Of a DNA stretch of 64,000 bases, positions 40,136 through 52,260 are shown piece by piece. The position numbers and the translations under genes were made by a program. A model generated the notes under the pieces. That model saw nothing but the letters and a program-made list of their open reading frames with translations. It had not been told where the DNA came from and ran no database searches. This DNA comes from Camelus ferus. Taxonomy: Eukaryota. How positions within the stretch are numbered: the stretch's first letter is position 1; each line of letters begins with the position of its first letter. The stretch spans positions 31,560,001-31,624,000 of the forward strand of contig NC_045706.1 in assembly GCF_009834535.1 (NCBI RefSeq), read 5' to 3'.

Positions 40136-41979
40136 TAAAACCCTACTTCTAATGGCTTTTGTATTGCCCTTGCTTACAAACTTACTTTACTCCCTCCCTC
40201 AGCTTCCCAACTGAATCCTGAGCTCTAGCATACTAGCTACTGGCTTTCTTCTTTAGTTCCTTGAATATACCATGTCTCCTCTTCAGAGCCTGAAGGCAGG
40301 AAGAAGCATGATGTTCTCTTTGAATGGAACCTACTTCCTTTGAACTTTATCCTTTTATTCTTTAAGGCTCATCTGACTTACTTTGGAAATCCACTCGGTG
40401 GCCTCCTTAATCCAGGTCCCAACATTATATGGTTTGATAACATCTGGTACTTTTCCATAGAATTTTTATCACAACTACCATGAAATTACTTATCGTGGAA
40501 TTTACTATTTAAAGTGTCTCTCACTCACTAGAAATAAATGGTCTTAAGGGTTGGAGGGATCATGTCTTCTTGCTCGATGTTATTGTCTTAGTACCTTGCA
40601 CAGATTCTCAATGACTATTTGAGTAATTAGTGCAAGTCATGCAATGGAGCACTCCCCCCAAATAAAAACAAAACCAACTTGTATGAAACTGGACACAGGA
40701 GATGTTTTAAGTTTGAGGAGATGAAGTGGGGGCCAGAATTGGTGGCAGTGACAGAAAAGGATAGATGGAGGAGTCTTATCACAGAAGGAGCCATAGGACT
40801 CGATAAAGGAAGAGAAAGGTAAAAAATGATTCAGGGTTAATCATCAGCTGCAGAAAGGTACACAGCTGAAATGGCACTTGAGTCACTTTTCCAGCAGTAT
40901 TTTTTAAAAGTATGTTTCTAAACATTTGGACATAAAGTCTGTTTATTTTTAATAAAAATGCTAAATGTCCCTGGTAAAATACTATATAATGTGGTAAATA
41001 CTAATCGGCATGCTAATCAGTATTTTTGGTAGAATAAAAATTACTAGAGTATTTTAATACAAATACTATATACCCATGGTAAAATACTGTGTGCCTCAAT
41101 AAATATTAAATGATAAAAATAACTATGAGAATCTCTGAGTGTCTCTGTCGTGGATTCTGCGGTGCTCCAGTCCTCTTCATGAGTAATGTACTCATTCCTC
41201 AGCTACTGGGAATTTTAGTTCCTGGTGGTGCAAAGCTTTGTCCTTTCTGGGCATTGCCTATCTTTGGGCTATGCTGCCAGGAACTCACAGCCAGTGACTG
41301 GCTGATTTAAGATGCAATGACCCAGCTTCCTTGCCCCACTTGAGGACAAGTCTGAGGGACCACCACCACAGCTATCACAATTATTGACTGAGTTGCAACC
41401 ACTTTGAGGGGTCAGTGTCTCCCTCTCACTATTCTGGCCTTCCTCATTTCATTGCTGATGTATATGCCTCAAAAAAATCACTTGCATGAAAAACTTGGTC
41501 TCCAAGGAACCAAGGAACCTACCTTACAACACTATCTAATCTGCCTACTCTCTAAAGGTTGCCATCATTGGAACCTCTTTGTGTGTGTGTCTGGATTTTG
41601 TTTTTGTTTTCTTCCCCTTATGTACCAAAAAAGTACCCAAATTAAATGTATAGCCTGATGAATTTTCAAAAGCTCAGCTTTATTTTTATCAAAGAAAGAA
41701 CAAGAAAATGAGTTTGGGTAGTGTGAGAACCACCTACATTTACAACTTCCTCATGGTGAAAACTTTGAGAGGGAAGGGGGTGTTGCCAAGGAAAGTTGGA
41801 AGTTTCTCAGATTTTAAAAGAGCAAACAGTTTTGCTTTTTTGGTTGACTGCAGTGCACTCTGAAATGAGAGGAACATTCTAGGTATACTTCGTAATGCAT
41901 TTAGGTGAAATGGGGCAAGTAATGACTATCAGGAACCAGAGGAGAAATTGAATCATTTCACGAGGAAGAGAGAGGAAAA

Positions 41980-42025
41980 GATGATCTCCCTGAAAGTTAA
42001 GTGATGATCTCCCTGAAAGTTAAGT
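41980..42025. repeat. Perfect 23-bp tandem duplication
   Basis: GATGATCTCCCTGAAAGTTAAGT twice. Confidence 0.95.
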
Positions 42026-42548
42026 ATCTACAAATCATACATGTCAAAATACTGCTAAAATTTTGAATAACCAAGATTTTTCTATTAATCATGCTCTTTA
42101 TTACTGTTTTTCTGATTTTTAAAGTAAAATTTCAAGACTCCTTCCATGTTTTTGTTTATCAATGATACGTATAGCTTTCACTGAGGGTATTTAGTTCACC
42201 TTGTGTTCAATTCTTTCTGTCTCTAACACCACCACCCTCGTCCTCGTCTGGATGATACAGTAAGTAGCTAGCCTCCTAGTCAGCTATCTCTGTTTCCACT
42301 CTTACGCTCACCCCAGTCTGTTCTTCACACACACAACCACGGTGGCCTTTTTAAAGCATAAATTAGATCACGTCATTTCCCTGCTTAATACCCTCCAGGG
42401 GATTCCCATCACACTTAGGAAAAAAATCCAAAATCTTAATTTAGCCTAAAAGGCGTCGTGCCAAATGGCTCCTGCCTACCTTTCAGACCTCGTCTGGTAC
42501 CGCTTTCTCTTTGTTTACTTGCTCTCTCGCTTGGATGTTCCTCTGAAG

Positions 42549-42760
42549 CAGGGATCAGAAAACCAAGAGGGGCCAAATTTTGCCAGAGGCCTATTTTTAA
42601 ACTGCTGGTGAAGTAAGGAGGGTTTTTACATTTTTAAAGGATTGTAAAACAACTACTACAATAGGGACAAAAACAAATCTGCAACAAGAGACCTGTGATT
42701 TGCAAGCCTAAAATGTTTACTGTGTGGCTCTTTTACAGAAAACTTTTGCCAACTTCTGCT
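42549..42760. mobile_element. MER58-like hAT element inside an L2 remnant
   Basis: CAGGGATCAGAAAAC...GCCTAAAATGTTTACTGTGTGGCTCTTTTACAGAAAACTTTTGCCAACTTCTG. Confidence 0.7.
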
Positions 42761-44534
42761 CTAAAGGCTTTTCCCTTCTGCTTTAAGATCTTCATTTGAG
42801 CTGTTCTGTTTGCACCCTCCACCACCAGTCTTCACAGCGATGGGTCCTTTTCATTCACTCACTTCATCATGGAGGCCTTTAATGACCAGCTCCCCAGATA
42901 TACCTTACCCAGAAATACCTTACCAGATTCTTCCAATCACGTCACCCTTTTTGTCTTTATAGCACTTACCCGTATCTAATATTTCTTATTCATTTTTATT
43001 TTTTCAATTACCATACCCCTGGCTCCCCCTGTGCAGAAAGATCTTTTCTTTCTTGTATACCACTTTTGAGTTTTCTTGATCTTGCATTTAGACGGAAGGG
43101 ATAGTGAATGTTGGGAGCCTACTATATAGTTGGTGCTCAGTAAATGTGTTGAATAAGTGAATCTGCAGATTATTTTTACCTTTGAAGTTTGGAGATTGTG
43201 CCTTTTTTTTTTTTTTTGTCCTCCCTGGGAGACCCGCGGTGTAAACTGCAGCGAAGAGCCACTTTAGAAAGGAGAGGCCAAACACAGAGAACAAACAGAT
43301 GAATTTCTCTTTTCCTCCTCCTTGCTTTCTCTGGGAGAGGCCGCTGATGGAAGAGTGGGATGTTTCAAAGGGATGTCTCAAGGACTTATTTTAAAAAAGA
43401 CAAAAAAAAAAAAAAAAAAAAGAGGAGAGAAACCATTTCTTCCTTTCATCTTTTTCTTTTGAGAGAGGGGCTCTTTTTGAGTGGTGAGGCTAATGGAGGC
43501 CTCCTTCTCTAAGAGGCTCCGAGGCTTCCGGCTGAAGAGTTTAGGTGGAGGTCTCTGCTTGGGAGAGGAGCCAGGCCTGGGCTCAAAACAAGCTGGGAGC
43601 AACCTGAATGGGGCTTGTTCTAGGTAGTCAGGTAGCGGGGGTGGGGGCGGAAGATAAAGGCCCAGTAAGCCCAGGTCCTGGAGTTTTCTGGAGTTTAGTT
43701 ATTTCAGTTTGTCAGGCCACATGTTTTGACTTTTGGTTTAGAAAAAATATGGTCACTAAAGCACTGGGAGGCAGAAACCTGACTGTAAAGAAAATACAGG
43801 CATTGTCCTCCAGATTGTGCCTGGGTGTGGCAGGATGTGAGGTGTAAGAGTTAAGCTTTAAAGCTTGAGTTTTGGAGTCAAAACAGACCTGAGTTTATTC
43901 ATCTCTAGTTATGTCACTTTGGGCAACTTAGCTAGCATTTCTAAACCCTGATTTCCTTACCTGAAAAAATGAGAATGATAGCTTCTCTCTTTTAGGATTA
44001 TTACGAGGATTAACTGATAAGGCATGTAAAATGTTTATTTAGATGCCTGTATAAATAAGTGATCAGTTAGTATAAACATCCTCCTCCTCATCATCATCAC
44101 CAGATGATGAAGAAATTCTGTGAAGCTACAGATTTTGAAACTAATAAACAATGAAATCTGTATCCTCTAGCAGTTTAAGGATATGTTCCACTGTATTCTG
44201 CTTCCATAAATAGGAAACAGGCTATGGAAAGAGGATAAGAAATATCTGGGTAGCAAGATCATTGTTGCTAGAAGTATGGGCTTAACACAACTCAATTTGA
44301 CTCCCAATATTAAGTAGAAAAGAGACGAGGAAATCTGCACATGAGTGTAGACCTTCCAGATAAACTCATCTGCATGTCAGTATTAGCTTTGGATTTCATA
44401 CGTTGACCTCTACTGTTTTATAGTTTATTAAAAATGCCCTTGTACATGGTAATATAATTCTGATGATTTAGGTAGGGCAGCTGTTGTTATCTCTATTTTA
44501 TTCTAGAGGAAACAAAGACTGAGAAATTGAGAAT

Positions 44535-44760
44535 ATGGATTTTAGAGTCGTATTGCTGGGGTTTGAATCCTGGCTCCTCCACTTCCCAATGGTATAACCT
44601 TAGGTGAGTTACTTGAACTTCCCAGAGCCTCAGTATCTTCATCTGTGAAATGGAGGTAATGAAGGTACATATCTCTTAGGATTGTGTGAAATCATTCATC
44701 ATGTAACAAAGTGCATGGTATGACAAATAGTATGTGCTCAGTAAATATTTGTTATTGTTA
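44535..44760 (+). mobile_element. MIR SINE
   Basis: GGGTTTGAATCCTGGCTC...GCCTCAGTATCTTCATCTGTGAAATGG core. Confidence 0.75.
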
Positions 44761-46144
44761 TCGCCCAGGCACAGGCAGCTAATAAGTGGTAATGCTAGTA
44801 TCTAAATTTAGGTAATTGGATTTCATGCCTCATGTCCTTTCCACACACCACCTCCCGTAATATTAATAATGTTGACTCCCTGCCACCGTGATGATGTATG
44901 ATCCGTAACATTAGGACAGGTGGTCTAATTTGTTTTTTCAGAAGTGCTAGGAGATCCCTCTTGGAACAGTTGGCACACATATCTGTTTCTTACCTTCCTC
45001 AGTAGGAGAACAGCTATGGCTTCAGGACAGAGCGACACCAAAGAGCTCTGGACTTTGGTTCATCTGGTTGGAGCAAACTGCTGAGGATACCAGTGTGCCA
45101 CATGAGAAGACTAAGATAGCCTACATTAAACTGAACCAATGGGAGACTTGTATCGTTAACTAGTTAACTAGTTGTTAACTAGTAAGTTGGAAGACTTGAA
45201 TTCTAACCCTGAATCTACCGCATATTAACTATATCTTTAACATCTCTGAGCCTGAGTTTCTACATCTTTATTTTTTGTTTTTGTAGCTTTATTGAGGTAT
45301 TATTGACACCCACGTATTTAAAGTAGGGATTCCAACAATCTTCGTTGGTGCTGTCTCCTATTCACATAGTCCCTTTGTGAAAATTTGGACAAGGTGCCCT
45401 TTCCTCCAGGCAGATGCAGCCCAGCCATGAAGGTCCATTAGCTTGGTGAGCAAAGCAAGTACTAGATTTCAGTCGCCACTAGCCTCCATGGCCAGCCTTC
45501 TGGTGCTCTGAAAAAAACAAACACGAGGGCCCTGTCTGTGCTGTCTTTCCACTGCACAGGGCTGTTAACATCAAATGAGATAATAAGATCAAGGAGTTTG
45601 GAGAAGTCTAATCCCCTCTGTGACTGAAAGGCACTGATACCACATAAACACTATTTGGTTTCAAATACCAGGATCCCAGGGTGACCTGGGTACACTGACT
45701 ATTGCCCTTCCCTTTGGTTGTGATGATCCTGGTGGCTCATTAACTTGTACAACACCTATTGTGTACTTGTACAGAGGTTGTGGTCAAGAAAGTTTTTCTC
45801 CATCATTTTCAGACCTGGACCAACCTTGCTGTCTAGATCCTTGAAGACTAAAATCAGTTCTTTTGATGAGTCATCCTCTCGAAGACAATCATGTTTTTAG
45901 AACCTCCTGGACTGAGACTGACTCTTGCCCGAAGGTGGAATTTGGAATCCTTTGGATAGAGCTTATCTCTGGTTTTCAGGCAAAGGTCATTGTTTAAAAG
46001 CTTTGTGTCAATGAGAGAAAGAAAAGTTGCTGAACTACAGTTTGCCCTCTTTTCACACCTTTGAAGCTCAAGCTGTCTGCTGAGCTGTTTAGATCAAGTA
46101 GGACCAGAGGACCTGCTTATATGAGTCACTAACAAAAAGACAGT

Positions 46145-46350
46145 TTAGAGTCAGACAAACATGAAATTAGGTCCCAGTTCTGACACTTAGTAGTTTTGTG
46201 ACCTTGGGCAGGTCAGTCACCTTTCTGAGTTTCCATTTTGTCATCTGTAATTAGGGATAATAATAGTACTTACCTCATAGATTTATTGCGTGGATTAAAT
46301 GAACTAATATATAGAAAGCACTTAGCACACAGTATATGCTCCATAAATGT
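46145..46350 (+). mobile_element. MIR SINE
   Basis: TGTGACCTTGGGCAGGTCA...CATCTGTAATTAGGGATAATAATAGTAC...AAAGCACTTAGCACA. Confidence 0.75.
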
Positions 46351-46969
46351 TGGCCCTTATTACCAAGCTCCCTGCAAGATACTCTACCAGATTTTGAAGA
46401 AAAACAAAAGTATAAGTTCCAGGGCCTTCCCTTTAGAACCTTAGAGTTCTAGTTGGGGAGTTAACATAATTATACTAGAAAAGGTAAGTAGAAACGCAAA
46501 AGCTATGAATGTGTCGTACAGATAGATGCTATTTTTAAGAACTGGTCTTTGAACTAAGCCCCCCAAAAAGATGAGATTAGTATAAGTAGAGAGGATGAGA
46601 AGAAGGGTATTCCAAATGGAATCCGTAATATCAACAAGGTTCAGAACCATGGGTAGACTGATTTGCCTGGAGAAGTCAGGATAATGCTATCTGGGAGCAT
46701 AAGTTGGGATTGGAAGGCGAGCGCCCTAAATACTAGGGTGAGTGTTTGCTCTTTTCCTGTAGATAATGATGAGTGACCCGATGGATGAAACTGGCATATA
46801 GAAATGTCCAGCAGACAACTGGAAAGCTCTTGGGAAAATGCTCCAAGCTGTAGCTAAAATTTGGGGGATGGAAGTTGAAACAATGGAAGCTGGTGATACT
46901 TCTAAGGCTAGCTCCTTGAGAGGTACCTGTTGATTCCAAGTTCATGGGAGCAACTTTTGAACAGCATTT

Positions 46970-47143
46970 TTTAAAAATTGAAGTATAGTCAGTTTACAAT
47001 GTGGTGTCAATTTCTGGTGTACAACACAATGCTTCAGTCATACATAAGTATACATATATTCCTTTTTGTATTCTTTTTCACCGTAAGCTACTACAAGATA
47101 TTGAATATAGTTCCCTGTACTATACAATATAAACTTGTTTATC
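46970..47143 (-). mobile_element. Short, relatively young L1 3'-end insertion
   Basis: Antisense L1 tail (TTGAAGTATAGTCAGTTTACAATG...) with perfect 13-bp TSD TTGAACAGCATTT (46957-46969 / 47144-47156). Confidence 0.85.
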
Positions 47144-47694
47144 TTGAACAGCATTTAAAGTGAAATGGTGAAACTGTCAGGAGATTTGAAGAACAACTTA
47201 AAACAGTAAGTGGCTAGGGTTTTCCTCTCCGAAGTCTTTGGGAAGCACACATGGCCTTCCAGAATAACATTTTAAAATGAAAATTTTAAATATAAAATGG
47301 CAGTTGTTATAGGTGGAGAAGAAGTAACCCACGTAAAACTTAACTATATTTTCTGAAATCATTCTGCAGTTCTTGCAGTCTCCAGGAGGTTCTTGTAACT
47401 GAGTTATGACAAAGAGTAGGAAAATAAACAAGGTATGGTTGACTGAAGGGAGGTATGCTGTAACAAAAACGTTTTGTAAAGGAGAGGGCATTGTAGTGGG
47501 GGAACTCAATTTACCATTGGATAAAATCTAAAAATAGTGTGGGATGCTTTTTTAAGAGTACAAATCTAGTCTCTTTGTAAGTTTACAAATTTTTGATGCA
47601 TAAAACTTTTTATATAAAAATAACTGGTCTACTGAACATTATTCAGACCCAAGATAAACACAGATACATGAAATATATATGAATATTAAGTTTT

Positions 47695-47995
47695 TTCTTT
47701 TTAAAACTGAGATATAATTGACATATAGCATTATTGTTAGTTTCAGCTGTACAACGTAATGACTTGATATTTGTATATATTGCAAAATGATCACCACAAT
47801 AAGTCTAGTTAACATCCATCACCACTCATAGTTGAAAGATTTGTTTTCTTGTGATGAGAACATTAAAGATTTACCTCTCTTAGCAACTTTCAAATATATA
47901 ATACAGTATTAACTATAATTTCCATGCTGTATAGTACATCTCCATCCATAACTTATTTATTTTATACTGGAAGTTTGTACCCTTTGACCACCTTC
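47695..47995 (-). mobile_element. L1MA-like 3' end
   Basis: GAGATATAATTGACATA...ACCACAATAAGTCTAGTTAACATCC; TSD ATGAATATTA(A/G)GTTTT (47679-47694 / 47996-48011). Confidence 0.85.
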
Positions 47996-49120
47996 ATGAA
48001 TATTAGGTTTTAAAATAAAATTAAGTATACTGAAGTCTAGTAACATAGAAACATAGACGAAAGGTGTTCATCTTTTTCTCTCTAAAGGAATAGACAAATG
48101 TACGTATTTATATGACATTCTTTGAAATGAAATCTCCAGCTGATAAACATAGACTGTAAGTACCTATCTACTATTTCATTATCACATGAAAGTATGTTGA
48201 AGAAGAATGACAAAGTATTAAACATATTAGGATGCTAAAAGGGGTTTAATCTCATTTGGCATATCAAAAGAGTAGAGACATTTTTCTTCATTAGGTTATT
48301 ATCAGAACAACCAGTATATTATTCTTTATTGTATGCAGTATTCATACATTGTTTTCATATTAGAAACTCATTTCTCTAGGAAGTATAAACTGCAATCTTT
48401 CTTAAAAATTTTGTTAATATGTATCAAAAGACTTAATAGTATGCCTTTCAACCAAGTCGTTTTTTCTTTAGAAATGTGGCTTTAAGGAAACAATCAGTTT
48501 GGAAAATAGTGAAAACTTAGAAACAAATTAAATGCCCTGCAACAGGAGCAAGGAGAAAAATTAATTACACCAAATTTTAGTATGGAATATCTTCACTAAA
48601 TATTAAATGTAGTGTCATTAAACATAGTGTTCTAAAATAAATTTAATGGCAAGAGAATTTCTCTTCGTCTAAAGTTAATTTAAAGAAGTGCTCTCAGCCT
48701 CTATAAATTGAGATAAAAGATACTTTCTCCTTTTTCTCTATGTTACAGGCCCAGTGTTTGGGTTACAGAGATGAATATAGTCCTGATCCTGGAGCTATTG
48801 CAGGAAAGACAGATGTGTAAACAGATAATTGCACTAAAGCATGAAGAATTTTGTAATAGAGATGTATGTGTGGTATAGAGGTATATAAAAGAAAAAAATA
48901 GGCAATTCTGCTCACATGGTCAGGGAAAGCTGCAAAGAGGTGACATTTGAACTGGATTCTAGTGGGTGAGTAGGAGTAGGTTACCAAGAGGTAGAAAGTT
49001 ATTTCAGGCAGAAGGAATGTGTGCAGAGGCATCTGTGGGAGAAGAGGTGCTGTGGGATCCTCAGAGAGAAAAGTTGTTAGTTAAATAGTGGTTTGGAACT
49101 TAACAAAAAGATCTGGTCTG

Positions 49121-49384
49121 TGGGGGATGGTATAGCTCAGTGGTATAGTGGAGTGTGTGCTTAGCATGCACAAGGTCCTGGGTTCAATCCCCAGTACCTC
49201 CATTTAAAAATAAATAAATAAGCCTAATTATCCACCCCCCCCACCAAAAAAAAAAAAAAAAAACCAAAAAACAAAACCCAAGAAATAAATTTAAAATAAA
49301 AATAAAAAAATAGTTGGACAAATTTTTTTTTAAAAAAGGAAAGAAATGTGCAAAGTAAAATATTAAAAAAAAAAAAAAAAAGAA
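49121..49384 (+). mobile_element. tRNA-derived SINE (camelid Vic-1-like) with long compound A-rich tail
   Basis: GGTATAGCTCAGTGG...GCTTAGCATGCACAAGGTCCTGGGTTCAATCCCCAGTACCTCC; TSD AAAAAGAT(C/T)TG(G/A)TCTG (49105-49120 / 49385-49400). Confidence 0.88.
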
Positions 49385-50829
49385 AAAAAGATTTGATCTG
49401 GAATCCCAGGTAGTGATGAACCTAGTTTCCCAGTTCCTTGAATGTCATACTTTCCAGGGAGAGTGTAGGATTAGGAGAACCCAGGGGGAAGCTGTATTTA
49501 GTGGCCAAGCCACTGAGAAGAAACATCAGAAGTAAAGAACCAGGAGAGCAGTGTCTTCAAAGAAAATGGAATACTGTTCTGTTCATTTCCTTCTGCTGTG
49601 TTACAAATTGCCACAAGTTTAATGGCTTAAAAAAAAAAGTTCATTTAATAACATGGTTCTGTAGGTCAGCATGACTGGGTTCTCTGTCTAGGGTGTCATA
49701 CCCATTTTCAAGTTCATTCTTGTTGGCAGAATTGCAGTTACGGGACCAGGGTTCCTGTTTTCCTTCTATCCTGGAATGTTGGAGAGTCATCTTAGAATTC
49801 TGCTTACTACAAGTGTTTTATGAAGGATGAATGGCAAATAAAATAAAATAAAAATTGAAACAGTGTCCATTAGTCATTGGTGACTTTGGTAAGATCAGTA
49901 GCAAGAGCACTTTTAGCAGGATGGTAGGGGCAGAAGCCGGATACAGCAAGTTTGGGGAGTCAACTGGAAGTGAGAAAGTGGAGCTAGGATTTAGAGATTT
50001 CTTTCAAACAGCCTGTCTGGAATGAGAAGGAGAAAGTTGGGCATAATTAACTAATGAACTGAATCTCAAGGAAACTAGATAGAATGAGCTCTAGACTACA
50101 GATGGAGGGATTCATTGTGGACCTGTAGGGGACTCAGTTTCTTCTGAGATAGGGGGAAGGAAGTATGGGTGGGGATACAGATAAGTTTGTAAGTGGGGGG
50201 CTTGGTGGTAGGGAGCTGAGAAATTGAGGAAATTACTGCCTAATAGCTTCAGTTTTCTCTTAGAGTTTAGTGACAAGGTCAGTAAGCAAAAACAGGTGAA
50301 ATTTTGGAATCGCTACTTTGTGTCTAGGTCTCTCATAAAGTTGCTGAATGAATGAATGAATGAACTCAAGGCTAATGGATAGAGAGGCAAGAAATACAAA
50401 GAACACCAGGTGCTCTTCAGATTGCCTACCGAACCACATGTGACTCATGTGGCTCCCCTTTGCTCCCTTTCTCTTGTTTTGTTCTCAATTAGTCTGCCCT
50501 AGACTTGTTTAACAGGTCCTTACTCAGAGGATGTGGACATCCTGCTTGTAAATTGCCTTAGGCTTTAACAATCTTAAAACTTTCTAGGTTACTTAAGCGA
50601 TATCTAATTTACCATAGTTGACCAAAATTATTCTTCCCTCCTTAGGCTGTGAGGTCTTTGAAGTCAAGGAATTTGGGCTTTTTTCATCTTTGCACTTAGT
50701 GTCTCTAATACAGGTCTGGCACAGAGGAAGCCCCCCGTTTATTTCTCTCAGATGACCCAGACTTAAGCCTTCGTATTTGGCCAGATTGTGCTATTTTTTT
50801 CTCTTTACCCTACAGAAGATAGTTAACCC

Positions 50830-52260
50830 TTACAAATACATGTATATGTTTTATAAATTTAAAGAAAGTTTAACAAAAATGTAGAAAAGTGCAAAAATCA
50901 TTGTGTCTAGTTTTCTGCATTTTTGAAGTCAATATACCTGTGTAACAAGTGTCTAGTTCAAGAAAGTGTATCACCAGCATCCCTGCAGCCCCCTTTTATG
51001 TCCTCTACCAGTCGTTCTCTGCAAAAGTAACCAATATGCTATCTCCTAGCCCCATTAATTAGTTTTATTAGAACTTTGTATAAATGGAATCATGTAGTCT
51101 GTACTCTTCTGTATCAGGCATCTTTCACTCAGCATTGGATTCATGCAGTTCATCTATGTTTTCCTATAAAGTTGGAGTCTATTCATTATCTTTGTCTTAT
51201 GATATTTCATTATATGACTAGATCACAAATTTACTTTTCCAATCTATTGTAGATGGATATTTGTGTTGCCTCCAGGTTTGGGCTATTAGGAATAATGTTG
51301 GTTTGAACATGTCTTTTGGCCAACATATGTTTGCATTTTTATTGGGTATATATCTAGGTGCAGAATTGCTGGGTCATAAGGTGTGTGAATGTTTGCTTTA
51401 ACAGATCCTGCTAAATAATTTTGCAGTGTGGTTGTATGCTTCCGTCAGCAGTGTTTGAGAATGAGTTGCCTCACACCCATGCTAATGTTTCGTGTTGTCT
51501 GCTTTTTCCAATTTTAGCCATTTTTTTTTTTTTGCATTTCTTGGATGATTAGTGAGGTAGAACACTTTTTAATATGCTTTTTAGCCATTTGAATATCTTT
51601 TGTTGAAGTCTCTTGCTCGTTTTTCTTTGGGATGTCTACCTTTATTAATTTGTAAGGGTCCTTTATATATTTGGATTAAAAGTCCTTTATTGAAAAATAT
51701 ATATACTGCATATATTTCTCTCATTCTGTGATTTTTCACTATAATGCTGTCTTTTGGTAAACAGATGTTCTTAATTTAATTAGTTTAGTTTACCAAAATT
51801 ATCCTTTGTTACTGTTTTTGTGACCTGTTGAAGAAATTGTTGCCTATTCTAACGTCATGAATATATTAGCCTGTGTTCTTTTGAAGGCTTTATTGTTTAT
51901 GTTTTACATTTAGACCCACAATCCATCTGGAATTGATTTTTGTGTGTGGTGTGGCAAGGATGAAGGTCTCTTTTTTGCCATATGGCTATACAGTTGACTC
52001 CAATATCCTTTACTGAAAAAAACCATCCTTTCATTACTGCAGTTTTACTGTTTTCATAAATCTGGTCATCATACACATGTGGATCTGTTTCTGGAATTTT
52101 TTTATTCCATTTGTCTGTTTGCTTATCCTTGAGCCAAATACCATACAGTCTGATTACTATAGCTTTGTAATAGGTCTTGATATCTCATAGTGTGAGTCTC
52201 TCCAGGTTTATTTTTTGCTATCAGGATTGCCTTGGCATTCTTGGCCCTTTGCATACAAAT
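50830..52260 (-). mobile_element. Old L1M fragment
   Basis: T-rich antisense L1 motifs (GAATTGCTGGGTCATAAGG, CCATCTGGAATTGATTTTTGTG, GATTACTATAGCTTTGTAATAGGTCTTGA). Confidence 0.8.
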
